Source: Acidimicrobiia bacterium (lineage in GTDB: Bacteria > Actinomycetota > Acidimicrobiia > Spongiisociales > ZC4RG35). Taken from it: a DNA stretch of 64,000 nt. Under the pieces are notes generated by a model. It worked only from the letters and a program-made list of their open reading frames with translations, had not been told where the DNA came from and ran no database searches. Positions 46,282 to 54,522 of this stretch are shown piece by piece (the first letter of the stretch is position 1; every line of letters starts with the position of its first letter). The DNA lies in assembly GCA_036380875.1 (NCBI GenBank), contig DASVDX010000070.1:20233-84232 (forward strand). The letters are read 5' to 3'. The position numbers and the translations under genes are program-made.

Positions 46282-46944
46282 ATGAAACCGGTACGGATCG
46301 CCCCGTCGCTGCTCGCGGCCGATTTTGGGCGTCTGGCGGAGCAGGTCGCCAAGGTCGAACCCCATGCCGACTGGCTCCACCTGGATGTGATGGACGGGCA
46401 TTTCGTGCCGAACATCAGCTTCGGCATGCCGGTGATCTCGGCGCTGCGGCCCGTATCGGACCTCTACTTCGACTGCCATCTGATGATCACCAACCCGGCC
46501 GCCTACCTCGACGACCTGGCCGAGGCGGGCGCCAACCTGGTCACCGTGCACATCGAGGCGGTACCCGACCCCACCGTCACCGCCGAGAAGGCACGTGGGC
46601 TGGGACTGGACTTCGGTCTGGTGATCAACCCGGCGACCCCGGTGCGGGCGGTCACGCCGTTCCTAGAGCTCTGCGACGTCCTATTGATCATGTCGGTGGA
46701 GCCGGGATTCGGCGGCCAGTCGTTCATGCCCGAGGCATTGACCAAGGTGATCGCCGCCCGGGAATGGGTTGAGTCGAACGACCTGTCGGTCGATATTCAG
46801 ATAGACGGTGGCATCACGACTGAGACTGCGCCCAAGGCGCGGGCGGCCGGTGCCAACGTCTTCGTCGCCGGCACCGCCATCTTCGGAGCGTCCGACCCGG
46901 CGGCGGCTGCCGACGATCTGAGAAGAGTGATAGAGGAGATATGA
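46282..46944 (+). CDS. rpe: Ribulose-phosphate 3-epimerase
   Basis: IAPSLLAADF, HLDVMDGHFVPN, MSVEPGFGGQ, IDGG. Confidence 0.97.
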   Translation: MKPVRIAPSLLAADFGRLAEQVAKVEPHADWLHLDVMDGHFVPNISFGMPVISALRPVSDLYFDCHLMITNPAAYLDDLAEAGANLVTVHIEAVPDPTVTAEKARGLGLDFGLVINPATPVRAVTPFLELCDVLLIMSVEPGFGGQSFMPEALTKVIAAREWVESNDLSVDIQIDGGITTETAPKARAAGANVFVAGTAIFGASDPAAAADDLRRVIEEI

Positions 46945-47870
46945 GCGAACGGATTCTGGTCGCCGACGACGATCCCGACATCCTCCAGGTCGTCCGCGTC
47001 AACTTGGAGCTGGAGGGGTACGAGGTCGAGACGGCGCTGGACGGCCAGGAAGCCCTGGACAAGGCGACGAGCCAGCCGGTGGACCTGATCCTCCTCGACA
47101 TCATGATGCCCCGGATGGACGGCCTCACGGCCCTCCACCGCATCCGCGGGCACGCCTCCACGGGCAACACGTCGATCATCCTTCTCACCGCCCGCGGCCT
47201 CCCCGAGGACCGGGTTCGAGGCCTGGAACTCGGGGCCGACGACTACATCACCAAGCCCTTCGACGTCTCCGAGCTCGTGGCCCGGGTGAAGGCGGTGCTG
47301 CGGCGCACCCAGGCAGCCCGTGACCTGTCGCCCCTGACCGGACTCCCCGGCAACTTCCGGATCTCCCAGGAAATCGAGGACCGGATCGCCTCCGGGAAGT
47401 CCTTCGCCCTGATCCATGGCGACCTCGACAATTTCAAGGCCTTCAACGACCACTACGGCTTCATGCGCGGCGACGAGGTGATCCGCTTCTGCGGCCGTTG
47501 CCTGCAGGACGCCGCCCACGCCATCGGCCAGTCCGACGCCTTCATCGGCCACATCGGAGGCGACGACTTCGTCGCCATCGTCGACGCCGACATGGCCGAG
47601 GCCTACTGCAAGGAAGTCATCGAACGGTTCGACGACGGGATCCTCGACTACTACGACACTGCCGATGCCCTCCGCGGCTACATCGAGGTCGTCGACCGCC
47701 GCGGCGAGCGCTACGCGGTGCCGATCTGCTCGATCTCGCTCGGTGTCGCCAGCAATGCCAACCGGGAGATCAAGACCCAGTGGGAGGCGTCGGCCGTGGC
47801 CGTGGAGATGAAGGAGTTCGCCAAGAAGAAGGCGGGATCCTCCTACGAGATCGACCGCCGCACCCGTTGA
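46941..47870 (+). CDS. Response regulator with REC plus GGDEF-like (GGDDF) domain
   Basis: VADDD, LLDIMMP, KPF; PLTGLP, DLDNFKAFNDHYG, HIGGDDF. Confidence 0.88.
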   Translation: MSERILVADDDPDILQVVRVNLELEGYEVETALDGQEALDKATSQPVDLILLDIMMPRMDGLTALHRIRGHASTGNTSIILLTARGLPEDRVRGLELGADDYITKPFDVSELVARVKAVLRRTQAARDLSPLTGLPGNFRISQEIEDRIASGKSFALIHGDLDNFKAFNDHYGFMRGDEVIRFCGRCLQDAAHAIGQSDAFIGHIGGDDFVAIVDADMAEAYCKEVIERFDDGILDYYDTADALRGYIEVVDRRGERYAVPICSISLGVASNANREIKTQWEASAVAVEMKEFAKKKAGSSYEIDRRTR

Positions 47871-47883
47871 CGGGGGAAGGCGT

Positions 47884-48960
47884 TTGAGCCCCTTGGAGGC
47901 GATCCGACGGGCCATCGAATTGTCCCGCCGGGCGCATCCCCATCCGAACCCCCGGGTCGGAGCCCTGGTCCTCGACGCCGACGGGAACGTTATCGCCGAG
48001 GGATTCCACGTCCGACCTGGAGAGCCCCACGCCGAACGTGTCGCCCTGGCGGCACTGGCAGGGCCGCCGCCACCCGGGGCGACGATGGTGGTGACTCTCG
48101 AGCCCTGCGCCCACCACGGCCGCACCCCGCCCTGCACGGAGGCCATCCTCGAGGCGCAGATCGAGAAGGTGATCCTGGGCGCCGTCGACCCCGACCCCCG
48201 TAATCGCGGGGTGGGGATCGAGATCCTCCGCTCGGCCGGCGTCGAAGTCACCACTGGAGTGGCGGCCGAGGAGGTAGAAGCGGCGGATCCCGCCTACTTC
48301 CACCACCGCCGGACCGGTCGCCCGCTCGTCACGCTGAAGACGGCGATGACCCTCGACGGCCAGACGGCCGCCGACGACGGCACTTCGCAATGGATCACGA
48401 CGGAAACCGCCCGCACGGACGCCCACCGCCTGCGGGCCGAGAACGACGCCGTGCTCATAGGTGCCGCCACCCTGCGGGCGGACGATCCGACTCTCACCGT
48501 CCGCCTTCCCGACTACGAGGGCCCCCAGCCCGTGGCGGTGGTCATGGCCGGCAACGAACCGCTCCCCACGGACGCCCGGCTGTGGTCGCGCGACGACACG
48601 GTCGTGATCAGCACCCGCTCCCACGACCTCCCGGTCGAGGTGATCGAAGTTCCGCCGGGCGAAGACGGCCTCCCGGAACCGGAAACGGCGCTGAAAGCCC
48701 TCGCCGAACGCGGGCTCCTGGGGGTGCTGCTCGAGGGAGGCGCCGCCTTGGCCGCCGCCTTCTGGAGGCGGCAACTCGTCGATCGGGGCGTCAGCTACAT
48801 CGGGTCGCTCGTCGCGGGAGGCACCGGCCGAGGAGTGATGGCGGGGGAGTGGAAGACGTTCGCCGACGCCCGAGGGATCGAAATCACCGACGTCCGCCGT
48901 CTCGGGGCCGACCTGCGCATCGACTGGCGGCCTGTGCGGGAATCAGTGGACCATGACTAG
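47884..48960 (+). CDS. ribD: Riboflavin biosynthesis deaminase/reductase
   Basis: PNPRVGA, HAE, LEPCAHHGRTPPC, MTLDG. Confidence 0.95.
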   Translation: MSPLEAIRRAIELSRRAHPHPNPRVGALVLDADGNVIAEGFHVRPGEPHAERVALAALAGPPPPGATMVVTLEPCAHHGRTPPCTEAILEAQIEKVILGAVDPDPRNRGVGIEILRSAGVEVTTGVAAEEVEAADPAYFHHRRTGRPLVTLKTAMTLDGQTAADDGTSQWITTETARTDAHRLRAENDAVLIGAATLRADDPTLTVRLPDYEGPQPVAVVMAGNEPLPTDARLWSRDDTVVISTRSHDLPVEVIEVPPGEDGLPEPETALKALAERGLLGVLLEGGAALAAAFWRRQLVDRGVSYIGSLVAGGTGRGVMAGEWKTFADARGIEITDVRRLGADLRIDWRPVRESVDHD

Positions 48961-48973
48961 CGTTGTCAGCGGA

Positions 48974-49567
48974 ATGTTCACCGGAATCGTCGAGCACCTG
49001 GGCAAGGTCGCATCGCTCGACGACCTGGATCGCGGCCGAAATCTGGCGATCGACGCCGGGCCCCTCGCCACCGACGCCACTGTCGGTGATTCCGTCGCCG
49101 TGAACGGGGTGTGCCTCACCGTCGTCGCCGTCGACGGAGACCGGCTGTCGTTCCAGGCGGTGGGGGAAACTCTCGACCGCACCAATCTGGGGTCTCTCGT
49201 CGCCGGTGACTCGGTGAATCTCGAGCGACCACTGGCAGCGTCCGGACGGTTCGACGGCCACATCGTCCAGGGACATGTCGACGGCGTGGGAACGGTGGAA
49301 TCGGTAGTGCCCGACGGCGAGGGCCGCCGGATGAGCGTCTCCGTGCCCTCTGCGCTCCGCCGCTACATCGCCGGAAAGGGCTCGGTGGCGGTTGACGGGG
49401 TCAGTCTCACCGTCGCCGGTGTCACCGACTCCGGCTTCGAGGTGGCTCTCATCCCGCACACGTTGGCCGTCACCACACTCGGCACCCGCCAGCCCGGCGA
49501 CCGGGTCAACATCGAGGTGGACGTGATCGCCAAGTACGTCGAGCGCATGCTCGGAGCAACCCTGTGA
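48974..49567 (+). CDS. ribE: Riboflavin synthase alpha chain
   Basis: [27 protein letters not shown]. Confidence 0.96.
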   Translation: MFTGIVEHLGKVASLDDLDRGRNLAIDAGPLATDATVGDSVAVNGVCLTVVAVDGDRLSFQAVGETLDRTNLGSLVAGDSVNLERPLAASGRFDGHIVQGHVDGVGTVESVVPDGEGRRMSVSVPSALRRYIAGKGSVAVDGVSLTVAGVTDSGFEVALIPHTLAVTTLGTRQPGDRVNIEVDVIAKYVERMLGATL

Positions 49568-50790
49568 CCGAATTCGCCTCCGTCGAGCAGTTGGCCGACG
49601 CCATCGGGCGGGGCGAGATGGTCATCATCGTCGACGATGCCGACCGGGAGAACGAAGGCGACCTGATCCTCGCCGCCGAAAGGGTCTCCACCGAGAAGGT
49701 CGGTTTCATGCTCCGGCACACGTCGGGGATCATCTGCGTGGCGATGCTCGGCGAGCGCCTCGACGAGCTCAAGCTCCCGATGATGGTGACCCGCAACACC
49801 GCCGAGTTCCGCACCGCCTTCACCGTCTCGGTCGACGCCGCCGAGGGTGTCACCACGGGCATTTCGGCCGCCGACCGGGCCCGCACCATCTCGGTCCTGG
49901 TCGATCCCGAAGCCGGGCCCGGCGACCTGGCCCGTCCCGGGCACGTCTATCCGCTGCGCTACGAGCCGGGTGGCGTCCTGAAACGCGCCGGCCACACCGA
50001 GGCGGCAGTGGACCTGGCGAAGCTCGCCGGCCTCTATCCGGCGGCCGTTCTCGCCGAGGTCATGAACGACGACGGCACGGTGGCGAGACTCCCGGAACTG
50101 ATCCGATTCGCCGAGGAGCACGGCCTGCTCATCGGCACGATCGCCGACATCATCGCCTACCGCCGTGAGAAGGAAAAGCTCATCGAGCGGGTCGTGGAAG
50201 CGAGGATCCCCACGATCCACGGGGAGTTCCGCGCCGTCGGCTACAAGTCGCTCGTCGACGACCGCCACCACGTGGCGCTGGTGATGGGCGACATCGGTGA
50301 CGGCCAGAACGTCCTGGTCCGGGTGCACTCGGAATGCCTCACCGGCGACGTGTTCGGGTCGCAGCGCTGCGACTGCGGAGAGCAACTGCACCAGGCGCTC
50401 GCCAAGATCGGTGAAGAAGGCCGAGGCGTGCTGCTGTACATCCGCGGCCACGAGGGCCGGGGAATCGGTCTCTTGAACAAACTCGCCGCGTACGAGTTGC
50501 AGGACCAGGGCCGCGACACGGTCGACGCCAATCTCGACCTGGGCCTGCCGGTCGACGCCCGCGACTACGGGGTCGGCTCCCAGATCCTCTACGACCTGGG
50601 CGTGCGCACCATGCGCCTGATGACCAACAACCCGACGAAGCGGGCCGGCATCACCGGGTACGGCCTCGAGATCGTGGACCGCATCCCACTCGTGACTGAG
50701 GCAAACCCGCACAACGTCCGATATCTGGACACCAAGGCGACACGACTCGGCCACATGCTCACAGAAGACGACGAGGGCGACGCGTTGTGA
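49564..50790 (+). CDS. ribBA: DHBP synthase / GTP cyclohydrolase II
   Basis: [24 protein letters not shown]...RCDC, EGRGIGL. Confidence 0.97.
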   Translation: MTEFASVEQLADAIGRGEMVIIVDDADRENEGDLILAAERVSTEKVGFMLRHTSGIICVAMLGERLDELKLPMMVTRNTAEFRTAFTVSVDAAEGVTTGISAADRARTISVLVDPEAGPGDLARPGHVYPLRYEPGGVLKRAGHTEAAVDLAKLAGLYPAAVLAEVMNDDGTVARLPELIRFAEEHGLLIGTIADIIAYRREKEKLIERVVEARIPTIHGEFRAVGYKSLVDDRHHVALVMGDIGDGQNVLVRVHSECLTGDVFGSQRCDCGEQLHQALAKIGEEGRGVLLYIRGHEGRGIGLLNKLAAYELQDQGRDTVDANLDLGLPVDARDYGVGSQILYDLGVRTMRLMTNNPTKRAGITGYGLEIVDRIPLVTEANPHNVRYLDTKATRLGHMLTEDDEGDAL

Positions 50791-51266
50791 CCGAAATCCG
50801 GACGGTCGAACCACAGGCCGACCCGTCCCGCCTGCACATCGGCGTGGTGGCGGCGAAATGGAACCAGTCGATCACCGACCGCCTGGTCGACGGCGCCGTC
50901 AGCCGGCTCGAACACCTCGGGGTCGGCCGGGTCACGGTGATGCGCGTCCCCGGGTCGTTGGAGTTGCCCGTCGGCGCCAGGGCCCTGGCTCGGGCCGGCT
51001 GCGACGCCGTCGTGGCTTTGGGAGTCATCATCAAGGGGGAAACCGACCACTACACGATCGTCGCCACGGAGTCGGCCCGCGGGCTCACCCTGGTGAGCCG
51101 GGACACGGGAATACCCGTCACGAATGGTGTGTTGGCGGTACACGACGTGTCCCATGCGGTGGAGCGCTCCCAGCCCGGGCCCAACAACAAGGGCGACGAG
51201 GCGGCGACCGCCGCCGTGGAGATGGCGCTGACGTTGGCGTCGCTCACCCAACCGGCCTCGACGTGA
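50787..51266 (+). CDS. ribH: Lumazine synthase
   Basis: [24 protein letters not shown]. Confidence 0.95.
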   Translation: MTEIRTVEPQADPSRLHIGVVAAKWNQSITDRLVDGAVSRLEHLGVGRVTVMRVPGSLELPVGARALARAGCDAVVALGVIIKGETDHYTIVATESARGLTLVSRDTGIPVTNGVLAVHDVSHAVERSQPGPNNKGDEAATAAVEMALTLASLTQPAST

Positions 51267-51282
51267 CCGATCGGCACCGCTC

Positions 51283-51291
51283 TGGTACGCT
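51283..51291 (+). promoter_or_regulatory. Extended -10 promoter (TGGTACGCT) of infC operon
   Basis: TGn-TANNNT upstream of a ~245-nt leader. Confidence 0.6.
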
Positions 51292-51315
51292 GGTTCACAA
51301 CAGGCGAGATAGCCG

Positions 51316-51483
51316 TAAGCGGAGGCTGCTGCTTCCCACCCGGCCGCCGTTCCAGGCGAGCCGTGGTACCGGCCACCTCCCCACGCATCCGAGCGGTACT
51401 AGGCATGCGCGTCATGCCTCCCGGTCGGCTGCGAGGGGACTCATGACCGTGAGCAGCAAGCGTTCGTTTGCTGCTCTTTTCTT
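51316..51483 (+). promoter_or_regulatory. L20-leader-like element of infC-rpmI-rplT
   Basis: TAAGCGGAGGCTGCTGCTTCCCACC resembles my recollection of the Firmicutes L20 leader core; terminator downstream. Confidence 0.6.
51451..51483 (+). terminator. Intrinsic terminator within the infC leader (attenuator)
   Basis: 11-bp stem GAGCAGCAAGC/GTTTGCTGCTC followed by TTTTCTT. Confidence 0.75.
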
Positions 51484-51543
51484 GTCCGGAAGGCGGAGAC
51501 GCCAACGAGCACGTAGGAATAGGAACTATCAGGAGGTACTCAC

Positions 51544-52110
51544 ATCGCTGACCTGCGCGTGAACGGATACATCCGTGCCCCCGAGGTACGGGTAGTTGCC
51601 CCCGACGGTGAACAGATCGGGGTGAAGAAGCTGGCCGAAGCCTTGTGGCTCGCCGAACAGCTCGGCTTGGACCTCGTCGAGGTGGCGCCCAACGCCAACC
51701 CCCCGGTCTGTCGTCTGATGGACTACGGCAAGTACAAGTACGAGCAGTCCGTACGAGACCGCGAAGCGCGCAAGAAGCAATCGCGGACCCAGGTCAAGGA
51801 GATCCGGATGAAGGTCCGGATCGGACAGCACGACTTCGACATCAGCCGCCGCCGCGCCGAGGAGTTCCTCGCCGACGGCGACAAGGTCAAAGTCACCATC
51901 CGCTTCCGGGGACGCGAACAGGAGAGACCCGAGTTCGGACTCGAGCTCCTCGAGAGACTGATCGAGGCGCTCGGCGACGATGCGGTCGTGGAGCAGGCCC
52001 CAGCGATGGAAGGCCGCAACATGACGATGGTGCTCGCCCCGGCGAAGAAGCCGGCGTCTGGACGAGAGACAGAGCGGCAGGAGACCCCAAGCCCCGCCGA
52101 AGGGGAGTGA
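51544..52110 (+). CDS. infC: Translation initiation factor IF-3 with ATC start
   Basis: SD AGGAGG at 51531-51536, 7 nt before in-frame ATC; LDLVEVAPNANPPVCRLMDYGKYKY, GDKVKVTIRFRGRE. Confidence 0.95.
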   Translation: MADLRVNGYIRAPEVRVVAPDGEQIGVKKLAEALWLAEQLGLDLVEVAPNANPPVCRLMDYGKYKYEQSVRDREARKKQSRTQVKEIRMKVRIGQHDFDISRRRAEEFLADGDKVKVTIRFRGREQERPEFGLELLERLIEALGDDAVVEQAPAMEGRNMTMVLAPAKKPASGRETERQETPSPAEGE

Positions 52111-52119
52111 GGAGCACCC

Positions 52120-52314
52120 ATGCCAAAGATGAAGACACACAGCGGCGCCAAGAAGCGCATCAAAGTCACCGGTTCAGGCAAGTACATGCGGCGTCAGGCC
52201 GGGCGAGGCCATCTCAAGCTCGCCAAGGGCAAGCACGTCTTCCGGCGTCGCGCCGGCGATGTCGACCTGGCCCCAGGCGATCGCCGGATCGCCAAGAAGC
52301 TGATGGCCAAGTGA
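52120..52314 (+). CDS. rpmI: 50S ribosomal protein L35
   Basis: [19 protein letters not shown]. Confidence 0.98.
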   Translation: MPKMKTHSGAKKRIKVTGSGKYMRRQAGRGHLKLAKGKHVFRRRAGDVDLAPGDRRIAKKLMAK

Positions 52315-52330
52315 CGGATCGGAGGTAGAG

Positions 52331-52687
52331 ATGGCACGCGCCAGGAACCCAGTTGCCGCCCGGAAAGCCCACAAGAAGGTCCTCGCCAAGGCCAAGGGCT
52401 ACAAGGGGGCCCGCAGTCGCCGATTCCGCACGGCCAACGAGCAGGTGATGCATGCGGGGGCCGACTCCTACCGGGATCGCCGCGCCCGCAAGGGCGAGTT
52501 CCGCCGGTTGTGGATCACCCGCATCAACGCCGCCGCCCGCCAAAACGGGACGACCTACTCGCAGCTCATCGCCGGCCTCAAGGCTGCCGACATCGAGATC
52601 GACCGCAAGATGCTGGCCGATCTGGCCGTCAACGACCCGGCCGCCTTCTCGGCGCTGGTCGAAGCGGCCGGAATCGACCGCGACTGA
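52331..52687 (+). CDS. rplT: 50S ribosomal protein L20
   Basis: [34 protein letters not shown]. Confidence 0.98.
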   Translation: MARARNPVAARKAHKKVLAKAKGYKGARSRRFRTANEQVMHAGADSYRDRRARKGEFRRLWITRINAAARQNGTTYSQLIAGLKAADIEIDRKMLADLAVNDPAAFSALVEAAGIDRD

Positions 52688-52697
52688 ACATCGGTCG

Positions 52698-53447
52698 ATG
52701 GAGCCGATCCGCTCTCCCCGCAACCCTGCGGTGGTGGCAGCGGGTCGGCTCCACCGCGTTCGGGAGAGGCACGCAACCGGCCTGACCCTCGTCGAAGGGC
52801 CTCATGTCCTCGAGGAGGCGATCGCCGCCGGCGCCGAGATCCAACGGACCTTCGTGCTCCCCGACGACCCTCGTCACCACGAGTGGCCCAACGCCGTCGT
52901 CGTCGACCACGACGTGATGCGCAAGCTGGCCGCCACCGAGACGCCCCGGGGCCCGGTGGCGGTCGTCGTCATCCCCGACTGGATCGAGCCCCCGGCCGAC
53001 CGTGACCTTCTCGTCCTCATGGGAGTGAGCGATCCGGGCAACGTCGGCACGATCATCCGCTCCGCCGCCGCCTTCGGGCTGGGCGTGGTCATCGGCCCCG
53101 AAACCGCCGATCCCTGGTCGCCCAAGGTGGTGCGTTCGGGGGCCGGGGCGCACTTTCGACTCGGTGGGCTGAGCCGGATCGCCGACGTGGCGGAGCTGAA
53201 AGGTCATCGACTGGCCGCCACGGTCGTCGAAGGTGGCGTCGACCCGGCGACGCTCGGGCCCGGTCCCTGGGCGTTTCTGATCGGCAGCGAAGCCCACGGT
53301 TTGGACCCCATCGTGGTGGCGGCTTGCGAAGTCCGGGTGACCATCCCGATGAAGGGGGACACGGAGAGCCTGAACGCCGCCGTGGCCGCCTCGATCCTCG
53401 CCTACATCGTGTCGATCGGTTCCGAACCCGGTCGGGCCTCCCACTAA
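52698..53447 (+). CDS. TrmH/SpoU-family RNA methyltransferase
   Basis: LVEG, DPGNVGTIIRSA, GSEAHGL, IPMKGDTESLNAAVA. Confidence 0.92.
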   Translation: MEPIRSPRNPAVVAAGRLHRVRERHATGLTLVEGPHVLEEAIAAGAEIQRTFVLPDDPRHHEWPNAVVVDHDVMRKLAATETPRGPVAVVVIPDWIEPPADRDLLVLMGVSDPGNVGTIIRSAAAFGLGVVIGPETADPWSPKVVRSGAGAHFRLGGLSRIADVAELKGHRLAATVVEGGVDPATLGPGPWAFLIGSEAHGLDPIVVAACEVRVTIPMKGDTESLNAAVAASILAYIVSIGSEPGRASH

Positions 53448-53459
53448 CCTGCCCCCTCC

Positions 53460-54512
53460 ATGGATCTCCTGGAGCGCCTCGAAAAGGCCCGCCAAACCGC
53501 TCCCGACGCCGTGGCCAGGGCCGCCACACTGGCCGAGTTGGAGTCGGTGGAGGCGGCGCTGCTCGGGAAGGACTCCGACATCGGGGCGGTTCGACGGTCG
53601 ATGGGCTCGATCGACGCCGCATTGCGGCCGCAGGTGGGTGCGAAACTCAACGAAGTGACCAAGGAGGTCACGGCTCTCCTCGAGGAGCGGCGGAGCGACC
53701 TCGAGCGGCAAGAGGCGGAGGAGAGGCTGCAAGCTGAGCGGATCGACATGACCCTGCCGGCGGTCGAATACCCACTCGGAGTCCTGCACGTGCTGCAGCA
53801 GACGATCGACGAGATCACCGACATCTTCACGTCGATCGGCTACGCCGTCGCTGACGGGCCGGAAGCCGAGTTGGCTTGGTACAACTTCGACGCCCTCAAC
53901 ACCCCGCCCACCCATCCGGCCCGGTTCGAGTCAGACACGATGTACCTCGACTACGGCGACCCGGCTGACGAGATGCTCCTGCGCACCCAGACGTCGCCCG
54001 TCCAGGTCCGGTGGATGGAGAGCCACGAGCCGCCGGTCCACATCATCGCCCCGGGGAAGACATACCGGACGGACGCGATCGACGCCACCCACCTCCCGGT
54101 CTTCCATCAGATCGAAGGACTGGCGGTCGACGAGGACATCACGTTCGCCGACCTCAAAGGGACGCTGCACTATTTCGCCAAGGAGTTCTTCGGCCCGGGG
54201 ACGAAGATCCGCCTGCGCCCCCACTTCTTCCCGTTCACCGAGCCATCGGCGGAACTCGACGTGTCGTGCTTCAACTGCGACGGGGGAGAGCCGGATTGCC
54301 GCGTCTGCCGGGGCGCCGGATGGCTCGAGATGCTGGGGTGCGGAATGGTCGATCCAGCTGTGTTCGAAGCAGCCGGCTACGACCCCGAGAAGGTGACCGG
54401 ATTCGCGTTCGGCATCGGTGTCGAACGCCCCGCCATGGTGCGGTACGGGATCAACGACATCCGCAACTTCACCGACAACGACCTGCGCTTCCTCTACCAG
54501 TTCCCGTCATGA
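53460..54512 (+). CDS. pheS: Phenylalanyl-tRNA synthetase alpha subunit
   Basis: NFDALN.P..HPAR, LRTQTSPVQ, FHQIEG, FPFTEPS, GFAFGIGVER. Confidence 0.97.
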   Translation: MDLLERLEKARQTAPDAVARAATLAELESVEAALLGKDSDIGAVRRSMGSIDAALRPQVGAKLNEVTKEVTALLEERRSDLERQEAEERLQAERIDMTLPAVEYPLGVLHVLQQTIDEITDIFTSIGYAVADGPEAELAWYNFDALNTPPTHPARFESDTMYLDYGDPADEMLLRTQTSPVQVRWMESHEPPVHIIAPGKTYRTDAIDATHLPVFHQIEGLAVDEDITFADLKGTLHYFAKEFFGPGTKIRLRPHFFPFTEPSAELDVSCFNCDGGEPDCRVCRGAGWLEMLGCGMVDPAVFEAAGYDPEKVTGFAFGIGVERPAMVRYGINDIRNFTDNDLRFLYQFPS

Positions 54513-54522
54513 GCGCCGCCGC

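Noticed and set aside
47871-47883. FMN riboswitch upstream of ribD
   Set aside because: Only 13 nt of intergenic space and no motif
52311-52328. GTG-started VTDRR mini-ORF between rpmI and rplT
   Set aside because: It coincides with rplT's own GGAGG SD and does not overlap its start; no need to invoke a bridge
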